Below, in pieces: positions 1 to 13,562 of a stretch of DNA of 64,000 nucleotides (its first letter is position 1; every line of letters starts with the position of its first letter). A model generated the notes under the pieces. The model saw nothing but the letters and a program-made list of their open reading frames with translations, did not search any database and was not told the DNA's origin. The position numbers and the translations under genes were made by a program. Source of the stretch: Mobula hypostoma (taxonomy: Eukaryota); assembly GCF_963921235.1 (NCBI RefSeq), contig NC_086109.1, positions 34,350,001 to 34,414,000 on the forward strand, in the 5' to 3' direction.

Positions 1-700
1 AGCTCCTTCTTCTTGTTGATATTGAGTAAGAGATTGTTGTTGTGGCACCACTCAGCCAGATTTTCAGTCTCCCTCCTCCACACTGATTCATTACCACCTT
101 TGATTTGCCCATTGACCATGGTGTCATCAGCAGACTTGAATATGGCACTGGACTTGTGCTTATCCACACAGTCTTAGTGTAAAGTGAGTAGGGCAGGGAA
201 CTAAGCACACAGCCTTATGGTGCACCTGATGGAGATTGTGGAGGAGATGTTGCCAGGGTGACTTGGGTCTTCAAGTGAGGACATCATGGATCCAATTGCA
301 CTAGGAAGTATTAAGGCCAGGGTCTTGAAGCATATCGATTAGTTTTGAGGTGATGATGGTATTGAATGCTGAGCTGTAGTCACTAAACAGCATCCTGATG
401 TATGCATCTTTGCTGTCCAGACTTTCCATTGTTGAGTGAAGAGCCAGTGAGATGGCATCTGCTGTGGACTTGTTGCTCCGGTAGGCAAATTGGAGTAGAT
501 CTAAGTTGCTTCTCAGGCAGGAGTTGATAAGTTTCATCACCAACATCTCAAAAAGCTTCATCACTGTGGATGTGAGAGCTACTGGCTGATAGTCTTTGAG
601 GCAGCTCACCCCACTGTCCTTGGGCACCGGGGTAATTGAAACCTTGAAGGAGGCGGGCACCACGCACTGCTGAAATGAGAGATTAAAGATTTGCATTCGT
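1..700 (-). mobile_element. Rex1/Babar-clade LINE, decayed RT fragment (runs off the window start)
   Basis: ORF 301-711 has DYQPVALTSTVMKLFE, LQFAYRSNKSTADAI and RMLFSDYSSAFNTI. The downstream ADD motif is present on the - strand (plus strand gtgtcatcagc, ~121-131). Confidence 0.85.
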
Positions 701-1489
701 CTGAAGTTCATTCTGTGAACTGAAAGTGATGATCTCCTTAAATTTCAGTAAAACTCACTGAATCTATGTGCTCCATGCATAAAGGGAAATTCAGTCAATG
801 ATTATCTTTCCTTGTCCGGAATTGTTCATTGTAAATGAAAATGGTGGCCTCTGTTTGGCCTGTCTGTCCATTATGTCCTTGTAAGAGGGAAAGTACTGCC
901 ACAGGAAAGGACATTCTTTGTAAGTGTTTGTCTTTGTAAAGAGATGCCTTAGCTATCTCTGACCTGCGATATTATTCGTTTATCGCCCTTGTTATAGGCA
1001 TACATACTCAGGATATAAACGACATGGAAACTGGCTCATGTAGCAGCAGCAGAGTACATTATAAACATAATGAATATAAATTTCATCAACTTGAATTAAC
1101 ATAAATTATACTTAGTGCAAGTGCCAAAACTAAACATAGTAACATTAATGAAGGTTGAGCAGTTCCCTCAATTTCCCCACCTTCTGTTTATGCAGCCAAT
1201 CATCTTTTAGGACCATGAAACCAATAGGACACAAGGGGATTAATCCGGTTTTATTTATGAATTATTGATCAATTGATACCAATCATAAATATAAACTTAG
1301 GATACCTTTGTTTCACCTTATCCAGGAAAGTGTTTGCCAGTTTTGGTGAAGTGTTGGTTTAATTAGAGAAGGCAGAGCTCCCAAATAGGACCTTTGGCAG
1401 ACCGTCCACTCAGACCATTAATCACCCATTTACACTATTATTACTTGCATTCCATTGTATTAAGGTTATGGTTACAGATCCCACAACCT

Positions 1490-1936
1490 GCCTGGGCCTT
1501 AGGGGCACAGTACAGATGAGCACTGCACCAGTTGCCTCCATCTCTCATGGTTGTGGGTGAGTGTCTGGGTTGCGGCAAAGCTCGCTCTGGTCCTGTCTGC
1601 CCATTTCTTCTTCTTTCTGTCCCTTTTTCTTTTTCCCTGCACCGTTCCCTGAAGGATGGTCTTTCCAAGTTCACTTGATCTTGTTATGTGGCCATTCCAT
1701 CTCAGTTTCCTCCTCTCTACTGTGAGCAGTGGATCTTTGTAGCGTCTCATGTGCTGGGTGATGGTTCTATGCACTTCATCATTTGAGACATGGTCTGTAT
1801 AGGAGGTGCTGAGCAGCCTTCGGAAGCATCTCATTTCTACTGCCTGGATCTCCTTTTGCAGTTCTGCTGTCAAAGTCCATGACTGGCATGCATACAAGAA
1901 GATGGAAAGCACAAGTGCATGCAGGAGTTTCAACCT
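1490..1936 (-). mobile_element. RTE-clade LINE, C-terminal fragment
   Basis: ORF 1499-1933: LVLSIFLYACQSWTL...EMRCFRRLL...RKLRWNGHITR...ILQGTVQGKR, typical of the RTE post-RT region. Confidence 0.75.
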
Positions 1937-2530
1937 GGATCATACTAAGTATGAACATGTTTTTGTATTCTCATTAATTCCCCCCCGCCATTGGATAATA
2001 GTGGCAATTTTCAGTGCCCAGTTATGCTAGCAGCTTTCAGCTGTGGGAATGTACCCGCTTGCCAACCTACGGACTCCATGCAGACAGCACCCGAGGATTG
2101 AACTTGTGTCTTTTGCATTGAGTGGCTCTAATAACCGTGTCACTGCCGCAGGAATTTACTTAACTGGCATCTTTGAAACCTGAGGCTTTCTGTAGGAAAT
2201 ACCACTGGACTGGAGTTAATGTGGAAAGGTGGGAATGTTCCATTATGGTTTATAATGTGTGCACTTTGGGAAGAGAGGAGCGGTGAATAATTTCATCTGT
2301 GTGCTGACATCCAATAAACACAGCATGTAGGCCAAGTTTCCTCTTTGTCGCTTCCATCAGCACGTACCTTCTTGGATTAAGAAGCACAGAAAACTCTGCA
2401 ACAAGATTGAGAAATGATTTTGAGGCTGAAGGTCAGCCATGATTTTGTTGAATGGTGGAGCGAGTCTGAGAGGCCAAATGCTATACTCCTCCTCCTGTTT
2501 CTCCTGTTTTATAATGTTAAGATTCAGTCC

Positions 2531-4718
2531 ATACTAGACAAGGTTGTCCTCTTAATCCTTTATTATTTGATATTGCATTAGGACCTCTTGCAATTGCTAT
2601 TCGAGAATCTCCAAATATTATTGGGATAACTCGTGGTTTAAAGTCTCATAAAGTATCACTTTATGCTGATGACTTACTTTTATTTATTTCTAATCCTCAA
2701 AAATCTATTCCTGCTGCTTTAGATTTATTAGCACAATTTAGTCTTTTTTCAGGCTATAAGTTAAATCTCAGTAAGAGTGAACTTTTCCCGATTAATAAGC
2801 AAGTTCCCTTATATCAGAACCTCCTGTTTAAGTTGGTTAATAACCATTTTTCATATCTTGGGATTAAAATTACCTGTAATCATAAGGATTTATTTAAGAC
2901 TAATTTCCTACCCTTAATTGATCACATTACTCAACTTTCATTTAAATGGTCTCCACTTTATTTATCTTTGATTGGTCGTATTAATGCTGTTAAGATGTTT
3001 ATTCTGCCAAAATTTTTATATGTATTTCAGGCACTTCCGATTTTTGTTCCAAAATCCTTTTTTGACAAAGTTGACTCTAAAATTTCTCCATTTATTTGGC
3101 AAAATAAAAACCCGAGATTGGGTAGAATACATCTACAGAAAGCTAAGAGAGATGGAGGTTTGGCATTACTTAACTTTAGATTCTACTATTGGGCAATTAA
3201 TATTCGACACATGAAATTTTGGTTACTTGACCAAGGTACACTATGCATTCCTAAATGGGTAGTATTGGAATTACAATCTGCTCAAGGTTATGCACTTGGC
3301 TCCATTTTAGGTTCTTCTCTTCCTTTCGATTTGAAACGCCACAAACAGGTTTGTAACCCGATAGTTAAATATACCTTACGTATTTGGTTTCAATTCTGAA
3401 AATTTTTCGATCTTAATCAATTTGGGCTTGCGATTCCTATTTTAGGCAACATATTCTTTCCTCCCTCTTCCACGGACTGTGCCTTTCAAATTTGGAAGAC
3501 TAATGGTATATCACGGTTTTTGGATTTATTTTTAGATGGCTCCCTTATGTCTTTTGAACAATTATCTAACAAATATAACTTACCAAGAATACATTTTTTT
3601 AGATACTTCCAAGTTAGAAATTTCCTAAATACTATACTCTCTTCCTTTCCGACGTTACCTCCTACATATGGTTTAGATACTATAATTAACCTTAACCCGT
3701 GTCAGAAAGGTGTAACAGCTATTATTTATAATACTATTATGAAACTTAGGAAAGCTCCATTCGATAAGATTAGGTTAGATTGGGAAAAGGAATTGGGCTT
3801 TATTATCGTGACGGATGACTGGGCGCATGTTTTACAACTAGTCAATACTTCCTCTATCTGTATTAAACATTCCCTAATTCAATTTAAAGTTGTTCATAGA
3901 GCACATATGTCTAAAGATAAATTAGCTCGTTTTTATTCTCATATTAACCCTCCTTGTGATGGGGAGATAGCCTCCTTAACTCATATGTTTTGGTCCTGTC
4001 CTACTTTGGAAACTTTTTGGAAAGACATTTTTAATATTATTTCAAAGGTATTGAATATAGATATTTCTCCCTATTACTGCTATCTTTGGATTACCTAAAG
4101 TTTCCAATAATCTTTCCCCTTCAGCCCGTAGAATTATTGCATTTCTTACTTTAATGGTGAAAAGATGTATTTTACAACATTGGAAGGAGAGTAATGCCCC
4201 AACTACGTTCTTTTGGTTTTCTCAGACGATACTATATTTAAATTTGGAGAAAATCAGAAGTAATCTTTATGATACTTCAGTTAAATTTAAACAGACCTGG
4301 AGATCTTTTATTCAACATTTTTATTTAATTTAATTTTTTTTCTCTTTGCCCATATTTACATTCCCTTCTTGCTTTTTTAACTGTTTTTAATGGAGGTCGG
4401 GTTTGAGGACGTGATTGTTTTAAGTTGTTTAAGTCTACTTGATACCTAGTTAGCCCATTGCTTTGCTTTGCTTTTTAGATTAGTTGCACGGTGGGTTTTT
4501 TGGGGGGGGTTTTTTTTTGGGGTTTTTTCTTCTCTTATTGATATGTATGGAAAATTAGTATACTATTATATAATCTTGTTATTTTATATCTAAACTGCAC
4601 TGTTTGTACTAACTTTTTTTGTGTATTAATATCTCTTGCAAATTTATATTGCATCATTGTATGTCTATATGGTTTACCTTTTGTGTACTAATTTAATAAA
4701 AAGATTTAAAAAGAAAGA
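2531..4718 (+). mobile_element. 5'-truncated L1-clade LINE (ORF2 RT to C-terminus, 3'UTR, A-rich tail)
   Basis: Starts at TRQGCPLNPLLF, with YADD at ~2662. ORFs 2833-3399 and 3520-4098 contain LIGRINAVKMFILPKFLY and HMFWSCP. AATAAA and an A-rich tail lie at 4695-4718. TSD aagattcagtcc (2519-2530) / aagatttagtcc (4719-4730). Confidence 0.9.
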
Positions 4719-5749
4719 AAGATTTAGTCCTGCCTTCTCATGCTGAATGTACACTGGTAATGTCCAGCCACTTACTTAGATGTGCAGGATAGAACAGGGT
4801 AGATGGGGGCTCAGGGAGGGGGCAAAACCTGGAAGTGCCTGGGGATTAAAATTAAACAAAATGAATTTCTACACCATCCGATGTAGAGTGGGAGGGCTGA
4901 CAATCAGAGGGGACAACAACTAACCACTGTGCTTAGAAGAAGAAACCTGAAGCCGCAGTTCTACTCCAGACTCACAAGGAATATTGGAGATAACTGCACT
5001 TCATGGAACCAAAAGCTTCTACATACTCACCTTTAGTGCAGGGGTTCCCTGGGTAACGTACCTGGCAGATGTTAGATTAAAATTAGACTGTAAAATGATT
5101 TATGGGGATAACTGACATTGATTCATCGAATGGCCCTACTGCTTCCAAACTAGATAAATGCATGGTATCTTAACCAGCTGCTTTAAAATGGCAGCGGATC
5201 TGGTGCAGGCTTATGTTGCTTTTCGCATAGTTCAGATATAGTTCTGCTGTCTGCAACCTTATTTCATCTCTGATAATATGAGTGATTAGAATTAACACCA
5301 GTGAAGAAGATCGAATCAGACACGAAAGACCCAGTATGGAAGAAATTAATGTTTTAGAAATTAAAACGATTTGTGTAAGAGTCATCAGAGTGGCCTACAT
5401 TAATTTTCTCTGTGCAAACTAGGGCTTTATTGATGCCTTATTAAATGATGTTAACTCATAATATAAAATTAAACTTAATTAGATATACTGAATTAGATTT
5501 AAATCAGCAAAAGTTGATAAGACTGGTCTCAGCATATGTTTAATCACACTGAATTATCAATGCATTGAATAAATTTCCTGGATGATTAGTTTAAAAAAAA
5601 CGATAACTGATTAAAAGAATTGAATTGGAATTGGAATTATGACTTTGCTGGCAGAACATGTTTGAGTGACAGACTGGCAAATTCCTTTCCCTAATTCATC
5701 TTTATGTATGTTTCTGCATTCCTCTGTGAGGCTGAATGTCTTTGTTCCT

Positions 5750-6750
5750 TCCTCTTGCCTTGTCCACAATGCCCAACTCCTGCTTTTTTAATGATAATCT
5801 CTGTAAACTACTGGCTGGCAATTTGACGACTTGGTGCTATGCCTCACGCATGCCAACAATTTCTTACTCCATTCCTTTGAAATCAGCTTTCATCACTCCC
5901 CTCAAAACTGGAATCCTTTCTGAAATGTTTATCCTTGTGAACTTGCATCCAGTTGCCAGGATCCTTTCCCTTCCCAAATTCCTGCAATCTATTATGGTTC
6001 CCAGCTGGTCACAATGCCAATTAAATCTCCTTGATTAGGTTTTTGCCTCTTCCATATTTGCAATTGGAGTTACCAATTTTGTGTAATTGTAAACTTCCCT
6101 TCTTCTTCTCTGTCTAGCATGATTGACTGCACACTCTCTTCCAATGCCCAGCAGAGCGGGACTTCTATACTTAACCAAATGTAAGATGCCTAATGCAATC
6201 CAGCATTTCACGGACCTGTATTATTACTTTTAAAGTTCCCTCCTCCACCCCAAGATTCAATCTATGGACTGCACCATTTCTAATAACAAGTTGGTTCTCA
6301 TCTTTCTCCATACTTATAAGAATGTCTCTCATTTCCACCTTGCCAGGGTTTTCCTTGACCCCAAAGCTACCTTTTATTATGGAGTTTCCTGTCTGACATC
6401 CAACTTTAATGAACAGTTGACACCTTTTGATAAGTGGTTGCAAAGACAAAACATGGTATATTCAGGTTCTACCAGAAGTTCTGTTCCCAGTCACCAAATT
6501 TACCTCCTTCCCAGCCATGATTTTTTATAAGCCTTCAAAAGTCTTCTGCTTCCCTATCTTAGTTACTTGCCAAAGTCACAGCTTTTTTTAAACACACTGT
6601 TCCTCCAGCCTTTTTTAGATCCCATCGCCTTCTCTCCACCATTGCCAACCTTGCTGAAATAACCAAGTTGTAAACTCCAAAGCCCCCTTGCTAACTCTGT
6701 TGGTCTTTCCATCTTGTTATGTCCTTTTAAAATAGTTCTTAAACTATGAT
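5750..6750 (+). mobile_element. Highly decayed L2-like LINE remnant
   Basis: KSAFITPLK...NLHPVARILSLPKFLQ resembles the L2 motif KxAxITPLLKK...NYRPISNLPFLSKILE. Boundaries approximate. Confidence 0.35.
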
Positions 6751-7060
6751 TTTAACCAAGCTTGAGTCATCTGTCCTGAAGTCGTGTTCGTTAATTTATT
6801 TCAACTCCCTTCTGATTGTGCTTCAACAAAATAGCTCTGGATGTTTTGAATGATACATCACTGCAGATACTGGAAGTCTGAAATAAAATTGGAACAGGCT
6901 GGAAATTCTTAGCAGTTCAAGCAGCGTCAATGGAAGAGAAGCTGCATTAACATTGAACTAGACAGTGGATCTTCAACCTGAAATGTGAACTTCCTTTCTC
7001 TTTCAGTATTCATGCCCACCTGCTCAGTATTTCGAGCTTGTTCTGTTTTTTCTTACTTTT

Positions 7061-8125
7061 CAATCTTGCCCATCTCAAGTCCAAAACGAAGACATCCACA
7101 AGTTCCCTCATCGAGTTCCAATACGCAGATGACAACAGTGTTGCAGCTCTTTCAGAAAACCACCTACAACAGATTCTGACTGCCTTCAACTGTGCATACA
7201 TGAAACTTGGACTTACTATCAATTCCAAGAAGATTCAGATGATCTATCAACCATCACCAACTGAGACAAATTGGACAGAACCATTAATTCAACTTGGCGA
7301 AACAACCCTGGAAAACGTGGACCAATTTCCATATCTTGAAAGTCACCCCTCCTTCAATGTTGACCTTAACGACGAGATCCAACATCGTCTTAAATGCCCT
7401 GGAACAGCTTTTGGATGTCTCCGAACAAGAGTCTTTCATGATCGTGACATCCGAACAGACACCAAAATGTTAGTGTACAAAGCAGTGGTAATCCCAACGC
7501 TCCTGTATGCATCAGAAACCTGGACAACATACCAACGACATCTGAAAGCACTTGAAAAGTTCCATCAACGCTGTCTTCGAAACATCTTAAATATCAGCTG
7601 GGAAGATAGAAGAACCAACGTCAGCATGCTAAATGAAGCAAAATCAACAAGTATTGAAGGCTACATCATCAGGAACCAACTAAGATGGAGCGGTCATGTT
7701 GTTCAGATGAAAGACGAATGTCTGCTGAAACAAATCTTCTACTCCCAGCTTAAAGAAGGCAAACATAAAAGAGGCGGACAACAGAAGAAATTCAAAGACG
7801 TCTTAAAAGCCAATGAGAAGAACTGTAGCATCGACATCAACAATTGGGAAACCAATGCCAAGGACAGGAAACTGGCAAGCCATCATCCAAGAAGGAACAG
7901 CAACTTCTGAAGCAAACAGATGTGCAGAATTAGAAGGAAAGAGAAGAAAATGGAAAGAGAGGCAGCAACAACCAAAGCCCGATCTGCCATCTGGAACTAC
8001 CTGTCCTGAATGCGGAAGAACTTTCAAAGCCAAGATTGGACTCATAAGGCACTTGAGAGCCCATAAGTAGATCAGCAGAATGAAGACCATTATCCTTGAC
8101 CTCGGGGGATATCCATGACGATCAT
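7061..8125 (+). mobile_element. 5'-truncated RTE-clade LINE
   Basis: ORF 7038-7910 has QYADD, YKAVVIPTLLYASETWT and QLRWSGHVVQM. The frameshifted C-terminus ends in a C2H2 finger, CPECGRTFKAKIGLIRHLRAH. Confidence 0.9.
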
Positions 8126-8821
8126 TCGGTTAAAAAAATATCAAGGAGTTCATCCCTGATGTGTAACACTAAAGACACTGTTTTTATATGGCAGTGTGTT
8201 GGACTCTTCCTCTAAATTAGACTTCCTGAGAGTTGAACCTATCAGTCGCAATCTAAAATGATATAGCTACTGCTGAATAGGGAAGAGTTCCAAGCAGTAA
8301 TGTTTTATTTTGCTGCAAATGCAAAATGATATTGTAAGTATCTAGTAATCAGCATGTTTGCAAATATTGGTGCAGTCATTTTCAGAAAATTGCCTGTGAC
8401 CCCTGGGTAACATGAATAAGTTGATATTGTTCTGATGGGACGAGTACATGGACTTGGAATCAAATATCATTTAATTTGAATGGCAATTTTCTTTAACAGA
8501 CTGATGCGCCATTCGCCTATTTCCAATCCTGTCAACACATCTCTCATATGTGGTGTGGGTGAGTTGAAATTAGTCTGCTTGACAGCATAGTGTTCTTGAG
8601 GAAAAATTATTAAAACCTCTACGCATATATAGTGTAGCATCTAAGTTGCTTAGAATTCAGTACACTGATTATTTCAGAGAACTGTCTTGCTAACCAATCT
8701 TCATTACAAAGAATACATTTTCATTTTCTGCATAATCTATCCAGATTTTAATTACTGATTGTGTTGCAAAGGTTTCAGTTGGAAATTGCAAAAAGAAAGA
8801 GGTAATATATTAAATTAAGCT

Positions 8822-8957
8822 CAAGCAAGAGAAAATCTGCAGATGCTGGAAATCCAAAACAACTCATACAAAATGCTGGAGGAGCTCAGCAGGCCAGGTA
8901 GCATCTATGGAAAAGAGTACAGTCGACGTTTCAGGCTGAGGTCTTTCAGCAGGGTCC
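8822..8957 (-). mobile_element. Penelope-like pseudo-LTR 3' fragment with mutated hammerhead motif
   Basis: Homologous to the pLTR tail at 50565-50698. The - strand reads CTGCTGA...GAAACGTC, so the core CTGA is altered. Confidence 0.65.
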
Positions 8958-9431
8958 TATCCCGTTACATCAAATTTTTTTTTTTGTTTTTCTTTTGTGA
9001 GTTGGATATTGAGTTTTCAACTTTTTAAGGAGCTGTGTTTAATTTTGTAGCTTTACATCTAAGGAAGGGGCATCATGCAGCAGAGTGAATTCCTTTGAAT
9101 TCTAAACACAATAAAACGTGGACCTTTGCAACACTCCTGGTTGTTGATTGTTGTTCCATAAAATATTATTATTTTGTCAGTGACACCTTGACCTAGAACT
9201 GGCTCACTGTGCTATTCTGTTAACCGTCACATATTCAGCCAGAGCATCAAATGTGTCAAACTCACTACACATTGTGTGAGCATGGGTTTTAATTCACCTT
9301 CGATCTCACAGTCTCTTCCACAAATGGGACCGTTTGCAGGGTGATGTGCACTTGCCACCATTGACAAAGTACATGAGTGTGCCTCCGATGCATGGTTATG
9401 AGATTCTCAAAACCACCCCAAATACTACTTC

Positions 9432-9683
9432 AACATGAGGAAATCTGCAGATCCTGGAATTTCAAGCAACACACACAAAAGTTGCTCGTGAACGCAGCAG
9501 GCCAGGCAGCATCTCTAGGAAGAGGTTTGGATCTCCCCCTCCCCCTCCCACTTTCAAATCTCTTACTAACTCTTCTTTCAGTTAGTCCTGACGAAGGGTC
9601 TCGGCCCGAAACCTCGACTGTACCTCTTCCTAGAGATGCTGCCTGGCCTGCTGCGTTCACCAGCAACTTTTGTGTGTGTTGCT
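9432..9683. mobile_element. Penelope-like pLTR insertion, two arms in inverted orientation
   Basis: Left arm (9432-9525) is the reverse complement of the pLTR tail; right arm (9526-9683) is forward, with a hammerhead-like motif at 9583-9620. TSD aaatactacttc (9420-9431) / aaatgctacttc (9686-9697). Confidence 0.8.
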
Positions 9684-12408
9684 CTAAATGCTACTTCTTT
9701 ACTTTGAGTGGTCAGAAGCCTCTGGCAGTGTTTAGGAAGAAATTAGATGTAGGACATAAAGGAAGCTATGGGGATCAACAATCATATAAGCTCTGAAAAG
9801 ATGAGAAATGACTATGCATTCAATGAATACTTAATTACATTGCCAGCTTTTCTTACAGGCAAGATAAATAAATATTTAAACATTTAAATAAATATAAAAA
9901 TATTTTTCTAAAATAAACTTTTAGAAATGCTGGGGTTTTTGATGTCTGAAAAAACACAAGGGAAATATATTTCCTGGTCATGTGGTATCCTGTGTTGAAG
10001 CTTGAACCAGTGACTGTAGAGGAAGTATGTTTATTATTAATTGCTGTGGAACTATGTATATGCTTGGCTGTCTAAAAGTGGTCGTGAATGGAATAATTTC
10101 CACCAGAATTTCCCACTGAATTATTTGCATTTTTCTTTGCAAAGAACAATGAGTTATGTGGCATTGTGTATATTTGATCTGCAGTTAATGCTGACAAAGA
10201 ACATCTGAGGAAGAAGATTTTGATAATTTTTCTTGTTGTAACCATCAAGTTGAAATTTACCATAGAGTCAGCCTCTACTTTGATGACACAAGTGTTGTGG
10301 AGAGGCCATAATGTTCTCCAAATTTGTATAAAGAGATGAAGGAGTTGTAGGCAAGGCCAGTGTTTGAAGTCCCTAACTGCAGTTGAGAAGGAGCCAATGA
10401 GCTGGCTTCTTATTCTACCCCATTGCAGTGCTGGTATCTCACAATACTATAAGGTAGCAAGTGCCAGATTAGACCCCACAATGATGAAGGCTTGGCAATA
10501 TATTCCCCAATTGGAATAATGTGTGACTTGGAGGTTAATTTGCATGTTATGATGTTCCCAGTTGTCTATAGTCCTTGTCTTTCAAGGTGATAGTTGTTGC
10601 ATTTCCTTTGAAAAATGTATGCTGGATTTGCTGTAGTCCATCGTGAAGATAATGGCTGTAGTGTGCTGATTGTGGGAGAACACGTGCCTCGGATTAAAGA
10701 TGAGGTCCTGATATGGCAAGTCAAAGACTTACTCATTTATTTTAAATATCAATATTGCAGATTTCTTTGAGACTAAAGTCAGCCGTGTCAGAGTGGCAAT
10801 GAGATGGAGGAATAGAGTGACAGGGAACTGAAAGCTCAGGGCTAACTTGAGGAGGAGACCACAAAAGTAAAACAACCTATTTCAAGAAATGCAGCTGAAT
10901 CACAGCAGAATCAGGAGTGTTTGGCGCCCGAAGTGGTAAAAAGGGAAGAGATAAAAGGGTGGGTATGGTACCTCCTGTGCGGTGCATGGAAAAGGAAGTG
11001 TTGGTGGTGATTGAAAAGTGAACCAGGTAGTTAAAGAGAGTAGGAGGATTTCAGATACTGACAGAGGAGGCAAGTGGAGGATATGAGTAGATGTGGCACC
11101 AAGTTGAAGGAGGCAAGATTACAGAACATGATGTATTCGTTGTGGAAAGGGTGGTGAGTGGGACAAGTGAAACTCTTTTCTTTGGGTTGTAAGAGAGTGA
11201 AGAGTGTGAGAAATGTACTTTCACAGATGAGAGTCCTCTCAACAGTGGTGAAGGGGAATTTGGAGGGCAGACTGAAGACTTGTATGTCAAAGAGAAAAAA
11301 AGAAATGCGTCTCAGAAGCACTATTGCAGAAGATGACATGCCAGAAGATAAGGCATAGATTGAGAATCTGGGAGATCACTGCAAGGTCTTTATAGGATGG
11401 AGAAAGCGGAAGGTTCACTTACATAACTGTGGTCTGAGATTGTTTTACTGAGTTTGTGGTATATGTTAATATATATTATGTTCTGTGAGGTGTTTTTACT
11501 GATAAAGATGTGTACAGAATATGACTCAAAAATGAGTTAGGGCCATAGGACTATAGAATATTAATCTACATCTATGAAGATGTGTTTAAAACCAAAATTT
11601 TACACAAGTTTTAAATATTTCCAATGAGCTAATGGGTAACAAAATAGATTTAAAGATTATTGCGCTGTTCACAGTGTTCATGAAGACACAGTAGCCTTTT
11701 GGTTATAATACTAATCTGGGAATCTTGAGTGCAAATCTGATCTCTGTGATGCTGGACACAGTAAAACCTGCTGATGTGTGCATGTGTCTGAAAGAAAATT
11801 ATTCCGAGGTCTCTGAATTGTTGCTTAGAAACCAAACTGGGTCACTGCTGTCCTTAAGGAAAGGCTGAACTATGGTTTCTGTCTGTGTTGCACTGTGCAT
11901 GAGTTGAGTTCCAGATTATCTGAATGGCTCTTTAAATCCTAAGAGCATCCAGGGATGGGCAGTAAATGCTGTCAAGCCAGAATTGCTCATTTCCCAAGGA
12001 TAGATATTACATTGAATGATTCTGACTTAAGCTAAGAACTTTTTAACTTGCTCCTGACTATAAATAAATGTCTGCAGTCAGGCTGCAATGGCACAGTATC
12101 GAATCAAACATTCATCTCACAGCACTGCCTGAGCCACCAAAATGGTGGATCAGAGGTACCTGATATATCGGACAAAATCAACTGGACTCTGCTAAATTTC
12201 CAATGTTGTTTATAATAAATTTTCACAGGGTCAATATCAGCAATCAAGAAGCTTTGTGAAATGCTTTCAATGGAGCAGGTAACAAATAAAGCAGAAGAAT
12301 TACCAAAAATGTGTAAGACAAAATAACTTAAAATTTTATGACCCTTAACAACCATTAATAATATCCACATCTATTGAATAATTATTTGGAAAACCTAATT
12401 ATACAGAA

Positions 12409-13562
12409 TGCTGGACAATATTTTTTTTGAAAGTGTTGCTTCCTCAGAAACTTTTTTTTTTGTTTATGATAGACTGCTTGAAGCTGAACACAAATATAAT
12501 TTCAGACTACTTGTATTACGTAGGAATTTAGAGAAACATGAAATTAACCTTTTGGAATATAATGTGTTTAATTGTGTAATGGTGCTGATGCTTTACAATA
12601 GTTCAACTAAGCTAAAAATGTTTTGTTGATGATTTTTGTTTGTACTTGGTGTTTAAGGCCTCTCGCTTAAGTGTCCAACAATAATCAGACAGCATTGATG
12701 GATTCCAGTTGCCATGATACCGTTTCTTCATGACTACAATGTCCTGGGGAAACCTTTCACCATGCTCATCACTGACAGTGCCAAGATTTGCAGGGAAGAA
12801 GGCTAAACAAGAAAACAGAATATGAATCTTTAATGACATGTTGCACTTCATGGTTTTGTATGCTTGAAGCATGTTGTCAACCAGCTGCAGGTAGTTTGGT
12901 ACTCTGCAGTTGACAAGAAAACTTACAACATCCTTGAATGCCTTCCATGCAATTTTCTCTGGTCCCACTGAAAGTTCTTCGAATTGCCTGTTATTGATGA
13001 CCTGTTTGATCTGTGGACCAACTAAAAATGCCTTCCTTAATTTTGGCATCAGTTATTCTGGGAAGCATCTATATCAAATATTGAAATCCTTCACAGAAAT
13101 ATTTGTGCCTGGTGACCGCAGATTCCATCCTTGCAGAGTAATTCTAGTAATTCTGCTTTTGCAAACCCAAGCCCCTGAGAAGGTCATTTAACTCAGATTG
13201 AGTTATCAGATGGGGCTCACTTGAAATAAAGAGTTCAAAATCTACATCAGTATTAGTGTCCATTTCCATTTCTTGCTTGTGCATTGTGACATCTTTGCCT
13301 GCCTCCTCTAGACTCCATGTCCTGCCATAAAGCATCCACCCTGCCTAAGCATGCTTGGACAAGATATAAAACTTTTCAGCTTACATTGTGGGCAACATTT
13401 TAATTGACTTGAAATATGAATTGAAATAACAAAAACAGACAATTTTTTAAAAAAATAAGGTGCGTGATAGGGAAATTTCATGGTGATTTTCATGATCAGC
13501 AGCCCAAAATCCATAAGATACACCCAGAAGTATTCAGGAAGCAAAACCTTTGTTGTCCAGTG
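12409..13562 (-). mobile_element. Chapaev3-type (CMC superfamily) DNA transposon, internally deleted
   Basis: Transposase motifs PHLITQSELNDLLRGLGL (13144-13335) and FLVGPQIKQ...CNMSLKIH...NLGTVSDEHGERFPQDI...MLSDYCW (12612-13049). Terminus CACTGGACAACAA on the - strand at 13562, with a degenerate mate tgctggacaata at 12409. Confidence 0.75.

Noticed and set aside
10330..11450. Very old LINE/PLE-like remnants (also ~37540-38000, 51080-51330, 56260-57300)
   Set aside because: Too decayed to assign family or boundaries without an alignment.
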